This document shows, piece after piece, positions 43,275-53,712 of a DNA stretch of 64,000 nucleotides. The stretch comes from an uncultured Chloroflexia bacterium. Lineage in GTDB: Bacteria > Chloroflexota > Dehalococcoidia > DSTF01 > JACRBR01. Every line of letters starts with the position of its first letter. Within the stretch, counting starts at the first letter, position 1. The notes under the pieces were generated by a model that saw only the letters and a list, made by a program, of their open reading frames with translations, had not been told where the DNA came from and did not search any database. Both the position numbers and the translations under genes were made by a program. The stretch covers positions 2,368,127-2,432,126 of the forward strand of contig OY969567.1 of NCBI GenBank assembly GCA_963701135.1, given 5' to 3'.

Positions 43275-44098
43275 CTAACGGCCCTTGAACTGCGGCGCGC
43301 GCTTCTCTTTGAACGCCCGCGGCCCCTCGCGCGCGTCCTCCGTCGCGTACACTTCCATCCCGATGCGGAACTCGATCGTCGAGCGCCTCCTTTTCGGGCA
43401 GGCACTCGGTCTCCATGCACGGACTGCTTCATCTTGCGCACCGCCACCGGCCCGTTCGCGGCGATGCGCACCGCGATCTCGCGCGCGGCCGCGAGCGCGC
43501 CGCCCTTCGGCACAACGCGCCCGATCAGCCCCAAGCGCAGCGCCTCCGCGGCCGGGAACGTGTCGCCGGTCAGCAGCATCTCCATCGCCATCGTGTACGG
43601 GATCTGGCGGCGGAGGCGCACCGTCGAGCCGCCCTGCGGGAAGAGGCCCCATCGACTTCGGAGATGCCGAACGATCGACGCCCTCGCCGGCGACGCGGAT
43701 GTCGGTCGACTGCAGGATCTCGGTCCCGCCGGCGACGCAATATCCTTCGATCGCGGCGACGAGCGGCTTCGTCAGCCGGTAGCTCCGGAGCAGGCCCTTG
43801 AAGATCGTGCCCGGATCTGTCGCGGCAGCGCTTCTCGAACTCGTCCTCCGGCGGCAGGTTGGCGAGCGACGCGCGCGACGAGCTTGTCCAGGTCGGCGCC
43901 GGCGCAGAAGTCGCCGCCCGCGCCGGTGAGGATCGCGACAGCGCACGCCGTCGTCGCTGTTCGATCAGCTCCCACGCGTCGGCCAGCCGGCAGAGCATCT
44001 CCGGATTGAGCGCGTTCTTCACTTCGGGACGGTTGCATCGTGAGCGTCAGCACGTGGCCGTCGCGTTCGATGAGGAGTGCGCTCGCTCAAGTACTCAT
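43275..44098 (-). CDS. Enoyl-CoA hydratase, EchA19-like (indels)
   Basis: [42 protein letters not shown]. Confidence 0.85.
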
Positions 44099-44102
44099 CC
44101 TT

Positions 44103-45751
44103 TCAGGGTGCCGCCGGCAGCCGCCGCGGCCGTCTCCATCGCGCGCTCCTTGGCCCAGCGGTAGTCGGGCTTGCCGCTCGGCTGGCGCGTGATCTCGTCG
44201 ACGAGCGTGAGCTCGCGCGGCACCTTGTACGCCGCGATCTTCGTGCGGCAGTGCGCGTCCAGGTCCTCGCAGCGTGAGCGCGTGCCCCGGCCGCGGCTGC
44301 ACGACGGCCGCGACGCGCTCGCCCCAGCGCTCGTCCGGCACGCCGACGACGACCGCGTCGAAGACCGCCGGGTGCGACTTGAGCGCCGCCTCGACTTCCT
44401 CCGGGAAGATCTTCTCGCCGCCGCTGTTGATGCAGACCGAGCCGCGGCCGAGCAGCGTGAGCGTGCCGTCGGCCTCGACCGTCGCCATGTCGCCCGGCGA
44501 CGACCCAGCGCTCGCCGTCGGCGTCCGTCGACGAACGTGCGCCGCGGTCTTCTCCGGGTCCTTGTAGTAGCCGAGCGGCAGCGGCCGCGGCGCGCGAGCC
44601 TGCCCGACGACGCCGGAGCCGGGCGCGACCGGCCGTAGTCTGGTCGTCGAGCACCGCGGTGTGCGTCGTTTACCGTAGAAGCGCGGGCTTGCGCAGTCTT
44701 CGTTCGCGCCGAGGTTCATGCCCTGGTGCCCGCCTTCCGAGGCGCCGAAGCATCGATCAGCAGCGTGTGCGGCAGGCTCGCCCGCAGCTGCTGCCTTCAC
44801 GGCCTCCGAGAAAATCGCGCCGCCGGACGCAGATCACGAACAGCGACGACGTGTCGTACGTCGCGCCCGCGTCGCCAGCGCCTCCGCCAGCGGACGCGCC
44901 ATCGCGTCGCCGACGATCGACAGCGTGTTCACCTTCTCGTCCTCGACCAGCTGCCAGATCTCGCTCGGGATCGAAGCGCTTGCTCGTCGGCAGAGCACCA
45001 CCTTGCCGCCGCCGTGCAGGCCGATCAGCGCCGCCCACTGCGCCGCGCCGTGCATCAGCGGCGCTGCCGGCAGCGTGCGTGAGCGCGCCGCGTGCGCTCT
45101 TCGCGTTCTGGGCCGAGCTGCTCCGGGCGCGTCGATGTCGGCCCGCCCGGGTTGCCGCCCTGCAAGCCGGCGAAGAACAGGTCCTCGTGGCGCCACATCA
45201 CGCCCTTCGGCATGCCGGTCGTGCCGCCGGTGTAGATGATGTACAGGTCGTCGCCGGACCGCGGCGCGAAGTCGCGCGCCGGCGACGCCGCCGCGAGCGC
45301 CGCTTCGTACGTCCACCGCGCCGATGCGCCGCGCAGTCGTGCGCCGCTGCCGTCGTCGACGGCGACGAACGTGCGCAGCGCCGGCACGTCGCGCGGCGAC
45401 GGCGGCGACGCGCGGCGCGAACTCGCGGTGGTAGACGAGCGCCGACGAGGTCGGCGTTGTCGAACAGGTAGCGCAGCTCGTCCTCGACGTAGCGGTAGTT
45501 GATGTTGATCGGGACGGCGCGGATCTTGTACGCCGCGAGCGCCGCCTCGATGTACTCGGTGCAGTTGTAGAGGTACAGCCCGATGTGGTCGCCCGGCCTG
45601 ATGCCCGCTCGCGAGCGAGGTAGTGCGCCAGGCGCGTCGCGCGCTCGTCGAGCTGGCGTGAACGTGAGGCGCGCGTCGCCGCAGACGAGCGCTTCCCGCT
45701 CGGGGACGCGTCGGCGACGCATCTCGAGAGGTCGGCGAGGTTGAACTCCAT
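44103..45751 (-). CDS. Acyl-CoA synthetase, FadD19-like (many indels)
   Basis: INYRYVEDEL, YTGGTTGMPKGVMW, PLMHGAAQW, GRGSVCINSGGEKIFPEEVE, GKPDYRWA. Confidence 0.88.
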
Positions 45752-45767
45752 GGCCACTCCTCTCCCG

Positions 45768-46937
45768 CTACGGCTTCTCGCTGCCGACGACCCACATCGA
45801 GAAGAACTGCGAGCCGCCGCCGTAGGCGTGGCCGAGCGCGATGCGCGCGCCCGTCGACCTGGTGCTCGCCCGCCTGGCCGCGCACCTGCAGCGCCGCCTC
45901 GGCGAAGCGGATCATGCCCGACGCGCCGATCGGGTTCGACGACAGCACGCCGCCCGACGGGTTGACCGGCATGTCGCCGTCGAACGCGGTCGCGCCGCTC
46001 GGCCGTCAGCTTCCAGCCCTCGCCCTCGGCGGCGAAGCCCGAGGTTCTCCAGCCACATCGGCTCGTACCAGCTGAACGGCACGTAGATCTCGGCGACGTC
46101 GATCTCCTCGCGCGGGTCGGTGATGCCGGCCTGCCGGTAGACGTCGGCCGCGCAGTCGCGGCCCGCCCGCGGGTTCACCTGGTCGCGGCCGGCGAACATC
46201 GTCGGCTCGCTGCGCATCGCCGATGCCGTGCACCCACGCCGGCGGGCCTGGGCGCGCGCGTCGCGGCGGCCTCGCTCGCCGAGCACCATCGCGCACGCGC
46301 CGTCGGACGACGGGCACGTCTCGAGGAAGCGGATCGGGTCCCAGAGCATCGGCGACTCCGCGACCGTCTCGAGCGTGATGTCGGGCATGTGCAGGTGCGC
46401 GTACGGGTTCCGCAGCGCGTTCAGCCGGTCCTTCACCGCGACCAGCATGCCGATGTCGGCCGGGCGCGCCCGAGCGCGCGGATGTACGCGCGGATGTGCG
46501 GCGCGAAGTAGCCGCCCGCGCCCGCGACGAGCGGCGGCTGGAACGGCATCTGCGGCGAGAGCGCCCACATCGCGTTGCTCTCCGACTGCTTCTCGAACGC
46601 GACGGTGAGCACGCGCTCGTGGAGCCCCGCCTGCATGAGGTTCGCCGCGACGAGCGCGGTCGAGCCGCCGACGCTGCCGGCGGTGTGCACGCGCATCATC
46701 GGCTTGCCGGCCGCGCCGAGCGCGTCGGCGAGGTACAGCTCGGGCATCATCACGCCCTCGAACATGTCGGGCGCCTTGCCGATGACGACGGCGTCGATGT
46801 CGCTCCAGCGTCATGCTCCGCGTCGTCGAGCGCGCGCAGCGCCGCCTCGCGCACGAGGCCCGGCGATCGAGACGTCGTCGCGCTTCGACGCGTGCTGCGT
46901 CTGGCCGATGCCGACGACGGCGCAAGCGTTCCGCCAT
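45768..46937 (-). CDS. Thiolase-like aldolase subunit, Ltp3-like (indels)
   Basis: FEGVMMPELYLAD, HTAGSVGGST, TCPSSDGA, YVPFSWYEPMWLE, SSNPIGASG, HAYGGGSQFF. Confidence 0.85.
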
Positions 46938-48012
46938 CAGTCGCCCTCCAGGACGCAGACGAGGTTCTGCTGCAGGCACGGCCCGGACGTCGCGTGCGCG
47001 ACGCGCGCGCCGCGCCTCGCCGTCGATGATGCGCTGCGCGGCCTCGCCGATGCGGACGAGGCCGGCGGCCATCACCGGGTTCGCCGCCAGCGCGCCGCCC
47101 GACGGGTTGATCGTCGACGCCGTCGTCCGAGCCCGAGCGCGTCGCGCAGGATCAGCTCCTCGTGCGTGAACGGCGCGTGGAGCTCGGCGACGTCGACCGC
47201 GCCGTGGCCGTTACGCCGGCCCGCCTTCGCCGCGGCAAGCTCGGTCGAAGGCGATCGCGTCAGGTCGCGCACGCCGAGCGCGTGCGGCTCGATGCGGTGG
47301 TCGATGCCGCGGATCCACGCCGGCCGCTCGCAGACCTTGCGCGCGAGGTCGCCGGCCGCGAGCACGACCGCGGCCGCGCCGTCGGAGATCGGCGCGACAG
47401 TCGTGCTTGCGCAGCGGCGCGACGACGTACGGCTCGGCGAGCAGCGTCATCGACGTCGACGTCGCCGCGCGACCTGCGCGTTGCGGATTCGACGCGGCGT
47501 CGCGCCGGCTGCGCGCGGCGACCTGCGGCGATATCGCGCTCGCGTGTACTTCGCCGGCGTCGAGCAGCGCGCGCGCCTGCAGCGCGGCGAGGCTGACCGG
47601 AGTCCGGCCAGAGCGGCGCGAGGTAGTACGGGTCGAGCTGCAGCACCAGCACCTCGCGCAGGTCGCCGAGCGACGACTTGCCGAAGGCGTAGACCAGCGC
47701 CGAGTCGATGTCGCCGTGCTGCAGCCGCACCCACGCCTCGTACAGCGCCCACGCGCCGTCCATCTCGACGTGCGACTCGCGCGATCGGCGGCCACGCGCC
47801 CACGGCGTCGAGCGCCGTCACGAACGCGAACGGCTGCCCCGCGAGGTAGTCGCGACGACCCGAGCACGGTGAAGCCGATCTCGTGCGCGGCCGATGCCGG
47901 AGCGCTCGATCGCCTCGCGCGACGACCGGCATCAGGATCTCGACCTCGTTGCGCTCCGTGTCGGGCGGACGCTCGGCGCCTGCGCGAACGAGACGACGGC
48001 GACGTCGCGCAT
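46937..48012 (-). CDS. Thiolase-like subunit, Ltp4-like (indels)
   Basis: SHVEMDGAWALYEAW, QLDPYY, AELHAPFTHEE, MAAGL.RIGEA, HATSGPCLQQN. Confidence 0.83.
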
Positions 48013-48502
48013 CAGAGGTGCTCCCTGTACGATTCGAACGGCGCGTCCGGCTCGCCCGTCGGGCGGAAGTAACGGATGCTGTTCATGCTCGGCGCCAGCT
48101 CGTCGCGCGGCACCCAGACCGCCTCGACGCGCATGCCCATCCGCACGTCGTGCGCGTCGACCTCCTGCACCAGGTGGAACAGCGGGATGTCCGCGCCGTC
48201 GAGCAGGATCGACGCCGAGACGTACGGCACGCGCATCTGCCTGCCCCGCGAACGGGATGTTCACGATGCAGAACGTCGTGACGATGCCGGTGTCGGCCAC
48301 CTCCACGTCCTCGTCCGTCGCGACGGCGCACGTCGGGCACGAGCCGCGCGGCGGCACGTACACCTTGGCGCACGCGGACAGCGCTGGCCGACGATGCGGC
48401 CCTCGGCGAGCGCCGCGCAGGAATCGCGACGACGCCTGCCCGGCCACGAACGTGTAGTCGAGCCGCACCGGCGTCTTGATGCCGTACACCTGCTCGCGTC
48501 AT
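48012..48502 (-). CDS. Zn-ribbon/OB-fold (DUF35) protein (indels)
   Basis: C..CAKVYVPPRGSCPTC, GIVTTFCIVN, RMGMRVEAVW, PTGEPDA. Confidence 0.8.
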
Positions 48503-48966
48503 CGCGCGTCCTCCGGCTCGAAGCAGGCGATGTCCTGGATCTCGCCGGCCGTCTCGTCGCGCCAGCGCACGCGCACGCGCATGCCCGTGCGACATCCGCG
48601 ACTCGATCGCCGGCATCGACGGCGTGCAGCATCGCCGTGTCGGCGCCGTCGAGGCGGACCAGCGCCCACGCGAACGGCCGGTCGAGCGGGTGCTTCGGCC
48701 GCGGCTCTGGCACCCATGCCCACGTCGCGACGACGCCCGCCTGCCCGACTTCGACGAACTCGCCGACGGCTTCGCCGGTCTCGGGGTCGTACTCCTGCGG
48801 CGGCACGAGCACGCGGCCGTCCGCGGTGCGCACGCCGACGAGCCGCCGCTCTCGCAGCCCGCCGAGGAAGCGGCCGATGACCGGACCGACGCTGCGCGTG
48901 TACGTCGTACTCCAGCACGTGCGGCGCCGTCAGCGGCGCGATGCCGGTGGCCGGGTGGTGGCTCAT
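48499..48966 (-). CDS. OB-fold (DUF35) protein, Rv3521 N-half-like (indels)
   Basis: VLVPPQEYDP.TGE, PFAWALVRLDGADT.MLH, GMRV.VRW, DIACFEP. Confidence 0.8.
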   Translation of the reverse strand: MSHHPATGIAPLTAPHVLEYDVHAQRRSGHRPLPRRAARAAARRRAHRGRPRARAAAGVRPRDRRSRRRVRRSRAGGRRRDVGMGARAAAEAPARPAVRVGAGPPRRRRHGDAARRRCRRSSRGCRTGMRVRVRWRDETAGEIQDIACFEPEDAR

Positions 48967-48976
48967 GCTCGATGCC

Positions 48977-49822
48977 TCACGCTGACTGCGCGGCGTTCGC
49001 CGGTTGTGCCCGCTGGCGGCTGTTCCAGAACAGCCGGTCGGCGTTCGCGTACAGGAACTTGTCGAGCACGCCCTCGCGCAGGTCCAGCGCCTCCGCCTCC
49101 TTGATGCAGCGCTCGAACGACAGCACCGGGTGGTCGGAGGCGAACATGATCTTGTCCTGCCCGCGCGTGTTCATGAACTGGATCAGCTCCGGCGGGAAGT
49201 AGCGCGGCGCGTACGCCGACGTCTGCATGTACAGGTTGCGGTACTTGATCATCAGCCGGATCGCGACGGCCCACCACGGGTCGGCGCCGTGCGCCATCAC
49301 GAGCTTCAGCTCCGGGAAGAAGACGCACACCTCGTCCAGGTACATCGGGTCCTGGCACTTCCCCGGCATCGGCGGCCCCGGGATGCCGGTGTTGATGGCG
49401 ATCGGCAGGTCCAGCTCGATGCACTTCGCGTACACCGGGTAGTACACCCTGTCGTTCGGCGGCAGGTCGATCATGAACGGCGTGATGCGCGCGAGCACGA
49501 CCGGCTCGTCGCGGACGATGCGCTCCAGCGCGCGGATGTTCTGCATGCCCAGCCGCGGGTCGAGCGACACCGACAGCACGAAGCGCTCCGGGTTCGCGCG
49601 CGGAAACGCGAGCACGTGCTCGGCCGGGTTCTCCAGCGTCGTCGATAGGATCGCCTTCTCGACGCCCGCGCGGTCCATCGCCTCGGTCAGCTCGCCGATC
49701 GAGATGTCCTTGAAGATGGCGTCGGCGCGGTTGAAGTAGTCCTCCGCGACGCGCACGAGCCATGGCGGCCGCTCGATCGACCCCATGTTGACGTTGACGA
49801 ACGTGTCGATGGCGCGCGTCAT
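48977..49822 (-). CDS. Amidohydrolase family 2 protein
   Basis: YPVYAKCIELDLP, FPELKLVMAHG, KIMFASD.P, NA.RLF. Confidence 0.88.
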   Translation of the reverse strand: MTRAIDTFVNVNMGSIERPPWLVRVAEDYFNRADAIFKDISIGELTEAMDRAGVEKAILSTTLENPAEHVLAFPRANPERFVLSVSLDPRLGMQNIRALERIVRDEPVVLARITPFMIDLPPNDRVYYPVYAKCIELDLPIAINTGIPGPPMPGKCQDPMYLDEVCVFFPELKLVMAHGADPWWAVAIRLMIKYRNLYMQTSAYAPRYFPPELIQFMNTRGQDKIMFASDHPVLSFERCIKEAEALDLREGVLDKFLYANADRLFWNSRQRAQPANAAQSA

Positions 49823-50844
49823 CGCGGTCCCTCCGCTACGCCTGTCCGTCGGCGCGTCTCGGGCAGGTAGAACTGCTTGCACCAGCGCCGGAACAGCCCG
49901 ATCGGTCCGTCGCCGTCGCACAGCATCGGCCGCATCTTCATCACCTTGTGCTCCCAGATGGGGATGTCCTGCCCGAGCTGGCGCTCGATCTCAGCGATGA
50001 ACGCCTTGCCGACGTTCGTCGTCGCCTCTTCGCTCCCGATCTTCTTCGTCATGAACGAGAAGCGCACGTCCACGTGCTCGCCGTCGATCGGCGTGACCGA
50101 TGACACGATCAGCGTCTCGACGATGCCCGTGAAACGCACCAGGCTGAAACCGAACCCGTACGAATCGGACGCGATCTGGCCCTCGATCGCGCCCTTGGGC
50201 GTCGTGTACTGGACGGGCGAGCGCACGCGGAACACGTGACCGTCGATCTCCGCGCGCGTCCGCGGCTGCTCCGGCGTCCCGTGCACGTACTTGAAGTGCG
50301 CGGAGTCGACGCCGTTCTCGGCCATCTCCTGGTTGTGCGTGCGGATTTTCCAGCGCCGGCGCGCGTAGTCCGTCCAAGCGGGCGAGCCGTACTCCGTCAG
50401 TTCCGGAGGCGTCCAGGCCGGCGGCAGCTCCTCCATGTGGTTGTAGACCATGATCAGTCCGTTCGCCTCGAACACCGGCCACGCCTCGAGCTGCGCAAGC
50501 GCCGGGATCTTGTTCGCGTACGGCACCTCGACGCACTGCCCGTCGCCGTTGAAGCGCCAGAAGTGGAACGGGCAGCGGATGCAACCGCCCTCCACGGCCC
50601 CCCCATACGCGAGATGTGCGCCGAGGTGCGGGCAGAACGCATCGAGCACGTGCGCCGCGCCGGCCTCATCGCGAAACAGCACCAGGTGCGTGCCGAAGTA
50701 CTCGAGCGGCAGCACGCCGTTCACCGGCAACTCGTCGCTGTACGCGACCTGGAACCAGCCGTTGGGGAACGGCGGGATCGCGAACCGGTAGTCCGGCGGC
50801 GCGCCGGGATAACGGGCGGTGTCGGATTCGGCGGCCAGTGTCAT
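49819..50844 (-). CDS. Rieske 2Fe-2S oxygenase, KshA/neverland-like
   Basis: CPHLG..CPFH Rieske motif, ENGVDSAHFKYVH mononuclear Fe motif, QDIPIWEHK, DGPI..FRRW..QFY. Confidence 0.9.
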   Translation of the reverse strand: MTLAAESDTARYPGAPPDYRFAIPPFPNGWFQVAYSDELPVNGVLPLEYFGTHLVLFRDEAGAAHVLDAFCPHLGAHLAYGGAVEGGCIRCPFHFWRFNGDGQCVEVPYANKIPALAQLEAWPVFEANGLIMVYNHMEELPPAWTPPELTEYGSPAWTDYARRRWKIRTHNQEMAENGVDSAHFKYVHGTPEQPRTRAEIDGHVFRVRSPVQYTTPKGAIEGQIASDSYGFGFSLVRFTGIVETLIVSSVTPIDGEHVDVRFSFMTKKIGSEEATTNVGKAFIAEIERQLGQDIPIWEHKVMKMRPMLCDGDGPIGLFRRWCKQFYLPETRRRTGVAEGPR

Positions 50845-50889
50845 GACGTCCTCCTGTAGCAGGGCGCGCTGTCCGATGCGAGGCCCGGC

Positions 50890-51534
50890 CTACTGCTCCC
50901 CCTCGGGCATGAGCTGACGAAATATCTGATTGACGAGATGGTCGCGCCGGGCGATCAACGCCTCGATCGAGAGCGGGTCGCCCGGCTTGAGGCGCTCGAT
51001 CAGCGGACGATGGCAGAAGTACCCCACAAGCTGCACGTGCAGGTCGTGAATAAACAGCGCCGGGTCGATGGGCGGGATGATGCCGGCGGCCATCGCCCGC
51101 TCCAGCGCAGCGACCGCCGGCAGGTAGATCGGCTCGACGAAGCCGCGAAAGTACGCCTCCGGGTCGGACGATTCGAGCAGCTCGCGCTCCAGGATGCGCG
51201 CCAGCGCGACGTGCTCGGCGAAGAAGGCATGGATCTGGTCCAGCATGTAGCCGACGCGCTCGCGCCGGAACCCACCGGCCAGGAACTCGCGCATCACCTC
51301 GGCGATGCGGCCGAGCGCCTCATCGAGCACAGCTTCGTGCAGCGCCTCCTTCGTGGCGAAGTGGTAGAGGACGGTCGTCTTGTGCGCGCCCGCCGCGTCG
51401 GCGATCTCCTGCACCGAGACCCCGCCGAAGCCGCGGTCGGCGAAGAGTTCCGTCGCCGCGTCGAGGATGGCGCGGCGCCGTGCCAGGCGCGGGCCGACGG
51501 TTTCCTCACCAGTCGTGGGTGGTCTTACTACCAT
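50890..51534 (-). CDS. TetR/AcrR family regulator
   Basis: ILDAATELFA.RGF..VSVQEIADAAG....VLYHF.TKEAL. Confidence 0.92.
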   Translation of the reverse strand: MVVRPPTTGEETVGPRLARRRAILDAATELFADRGFGGVSVQEIADAAGAHKTTVLYHFATKEALHEAVLDEALGRIAEVMREFLAGGFRRERVGYMLDQIHAFFAEHVALARILERELLESSDPEAYFRGFVEPIYLPAVAALERAMAAGIIPPIDPALFIHDLHVQLVGYFCHRPLIERLKPGDPLSIEALIARRDHLVNQIFRQLMPEGEQ

Positions 51535-51544
51535 ATGGTGAGCG

Positions 51545-51573
51545 AGCATACGCCCGCCGGGGAGGGCTGTCAA
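51545..51573 (-). promoter_or_regulatory. Sigma70-type promoter of the TetR/catabolic operon
   Basis: TTGACA-N17-TATGCT about 10 nt before ATG 51534; TGGT-N6-ACCA dyad overlapping the start. Confidence 0.75.
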
Positions 51574-51782
51574 TGACACATTTGCGCGGATCGCCCTGCT
51601 CGGCCGGGGCTCGCGCCGGCCAGCCCTCGGCACGCTCGGAGCCATCAGGAATGGCCGAGACGCGCGGCGTGGATTGCAGCCGCCCCCGGCTGCCTTTCCG
51701 GCGAAGCCGCACCCGCAGCACAGCGACTCGCCAGACGCTCGCCGGCACGTGCGCGCCACCTCCGCCTCCCAGAGGTCCGACG

Positions 51783-53489
51783 CTACGACTCCAGCCAGAG
51801 CGTGTTCAGGAAGTAGCTCGTCGTCTGTCCCACGCCGCCCGGGATGTCGTGGACGTTGTTCCAGTAGGCCGCGAACTGGTACGGGCTGACGAGCGGCAGA
51901 ATCATGGGGTCCTTTTCGTAGATCACCTTCTGCGCCGCGTGGACCGCCTCGATCCGCTCGCGCAGGTCCAGCACTTCATTCGCCTTCTTCACCGCCGCCT
52001 CAATATCCGCGTCGCCCAGCCCGCGCGCGTACGTGCCGTCGCCGAGCGGCCCCGACGCCGTGTGGAACCCCAGCGGGATTTCCGGCGTCTCGTAGAACTG
52101 GTTCAGGGCGAGCGAGCACTGGTAGTTGATCCTGCTGTAGTTGTCGATCCAGGTCGGCAGGTCCTGAGGGTCGTGCTCGATCTTGATGCCCGCGTCCTCC
52201 ATCTGGCCGAGGAAGATCGGCAGGTGGCGGTCGTGCTCCTCCAGCAGCGTCCCCGCCGGGTACATCAACTTCACCTTGATGCCGCCGACCTGCTCGACGA
52301 GCCGCCGCGCCTCCTGCACGTCGTACGGCTGATACGTCTGTTCGAGTTCGGCCGGGTCGAGCGCGTAGGCGCCGACGGGCCAGTGCACCACGCCGTCCGC
52401 CTTCGCCTCGCCCCCGTACACGATGTCGATGTAGGGCTGCCGGTTGATCGCGCGCGAGAACGCGCGCCGCACGCGCGCGTCATCGAACGGCGGCTGGCGG
52501 CAGTTCATGCTGAACGCGATGTACGAGAAATTCGGCTCGCGCAGGATCACGAACCTGTCCGATAGTCCCTTCGCCTCCGTCGCGTTGGCGGGCGCGTAGC
52601 GGTGCAACTGGCGGCTGAGGAACGCCGTCCTCGATGCCGACCGGTCGAAGATCAGCTTCAGGTCGATCTGGTCGATGAACGGCAACCGCATGCCGGTCGC
52701 TTCGTCCGAGCGGTAGTAGTTCGGGTTTCGGTCGAAGACGGCGCGCTGTCCCGGCTCCAGCGAGGTCAGCCGAAACGGCCCCGCGCCGGCCGCGTGCTGC
52801 CCCAGCCGCGACAGGTCGCCCGCCAGCAGTTCCCTGGGCGCGATGGTGTTGATGAAGAGCCCGATCCGGTTCAGGAACCAGGCGTACGGCCGCGTCGTCT
52901 TCATCGTCACGAGGTCGCCGGACACGGTCACCGAGTCGACGTAGTCGCGCGTAAACGTGTAGTTGTTCGCCGTCGGCGTGGTCTTGATGCGCTCCGTGTT
53001 GACGCGCACGTCTTCGGCGTCGAGGTCTCGCTCCGGCACGCCCAGGTCGTTCGGCGCGACCTTCACGCCCGGCCTGATCTTGAACACGAACGTCTGGGCG
53101 TCCGGCATCTCGAGCCAGGACGCGAGGTCGAAGTAGATGAACTCGGGCTTCGTCGCCGACTGGTTGAGCAGCCCGTTGTAGATGCGCGGGAAGTACGCCG
53201 ACGCCAGCACGATGCCGAGGTGGGGGTCGAACGTCCCGAAGTCCGCCGCTTCGGCGACGTTCAGCCGGCCGCCGCGCCGGGGCGTCCCTCCGGAGTTCAG
53301 CAGGTCGGGCCCGTTCGACGACGACGTGCTCGCCGGCGAGGCCGCGGCCGGCGCATTCGACGAGCCACCGCCGCACCCCGCGACCGCGATCGCGCCGCCC
53401 GCCATCGCTCCCGCACCAGCGGCCCGCAACGCCGTTCGCCGCGAGACCCGCTGGTCCGTGAAACGCCGCCGCCAGTAATCGCTCATCAT
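51783..53489 (-). CDS. ABC transporter family-5 substrate-binding lipoprotein (Tat signal)
   Basis: VSRRTAL, AGC lipobox, FDPH, GAGPF, PFDDARVRRAFS. Confidence 0.88.
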   Translation of the reverse strand: MMSDYWRRRFTDQRVSRRTALRAAGAGAMAGGAIAVAGCGGGSSNAPAAASPASTSSSNGPDLLNSGGTPRRGGRLNVAEAADFGTFDPHLGIVLASAYFPRIYNGLLNQSATKPEFIYFDLASWLEMPDAQTFVFKIRPGVKVAPNDLGVPERDLDAEDVRVNTERIKTTPTANNYTFTRDYVDSVTVSGDLVTMKTTRPYAWFLNRIGLFINTIAPRELLAGDLSRLGQHAAGAGPFRLTSLEPGQRAVFDRNPNYYRSDEATGMRLPFIDQIDLKLIFDRSASRTAFLSRQLHRYAPANATEAKGLSDRFVILREPNFSYIAFSMNCRQPPFDDARVRRAFSRAINRQPYIDIVYGGEAKADGVVHWPVGAYALDPAELEQTYQPYDVQEARRLVEQVGGIKVKLMYPAGTLLEEHDRHLPIFLGQMEDAGIKIEHDPQDLPTWIDNYSRINYQCSLALNQFYETPEIPLGFHTASGPLGDGTYARGLGDADIEAAVKKANEVLDLRERIEAVHAAQKVIYEKDPMILPLVSPYQFAAYWNNVHDIPGGVGQTTSYFLNTLWLES

Positions 53490-53712
53490 CCACCCTTCGT
53501 TGATGCCCGGCCGCGGCGAAGTGCACAGTGTATACCACTAAGGCGAGCGGTCGGTCGAGCGGTCGGGCGGTGCACGATTTTGCAGGGACATCGCGGAGCG
53601 CGCGGCGGCGCCGCCATCCCGCGGATGGCTGCCGGATGCGGGGCGGGACTGATAGGATGACGCCGCCGCGGGCGTATGCCCGGTCTCTCGCCTGTAGTTC
53701 GGAGTCACTGCC

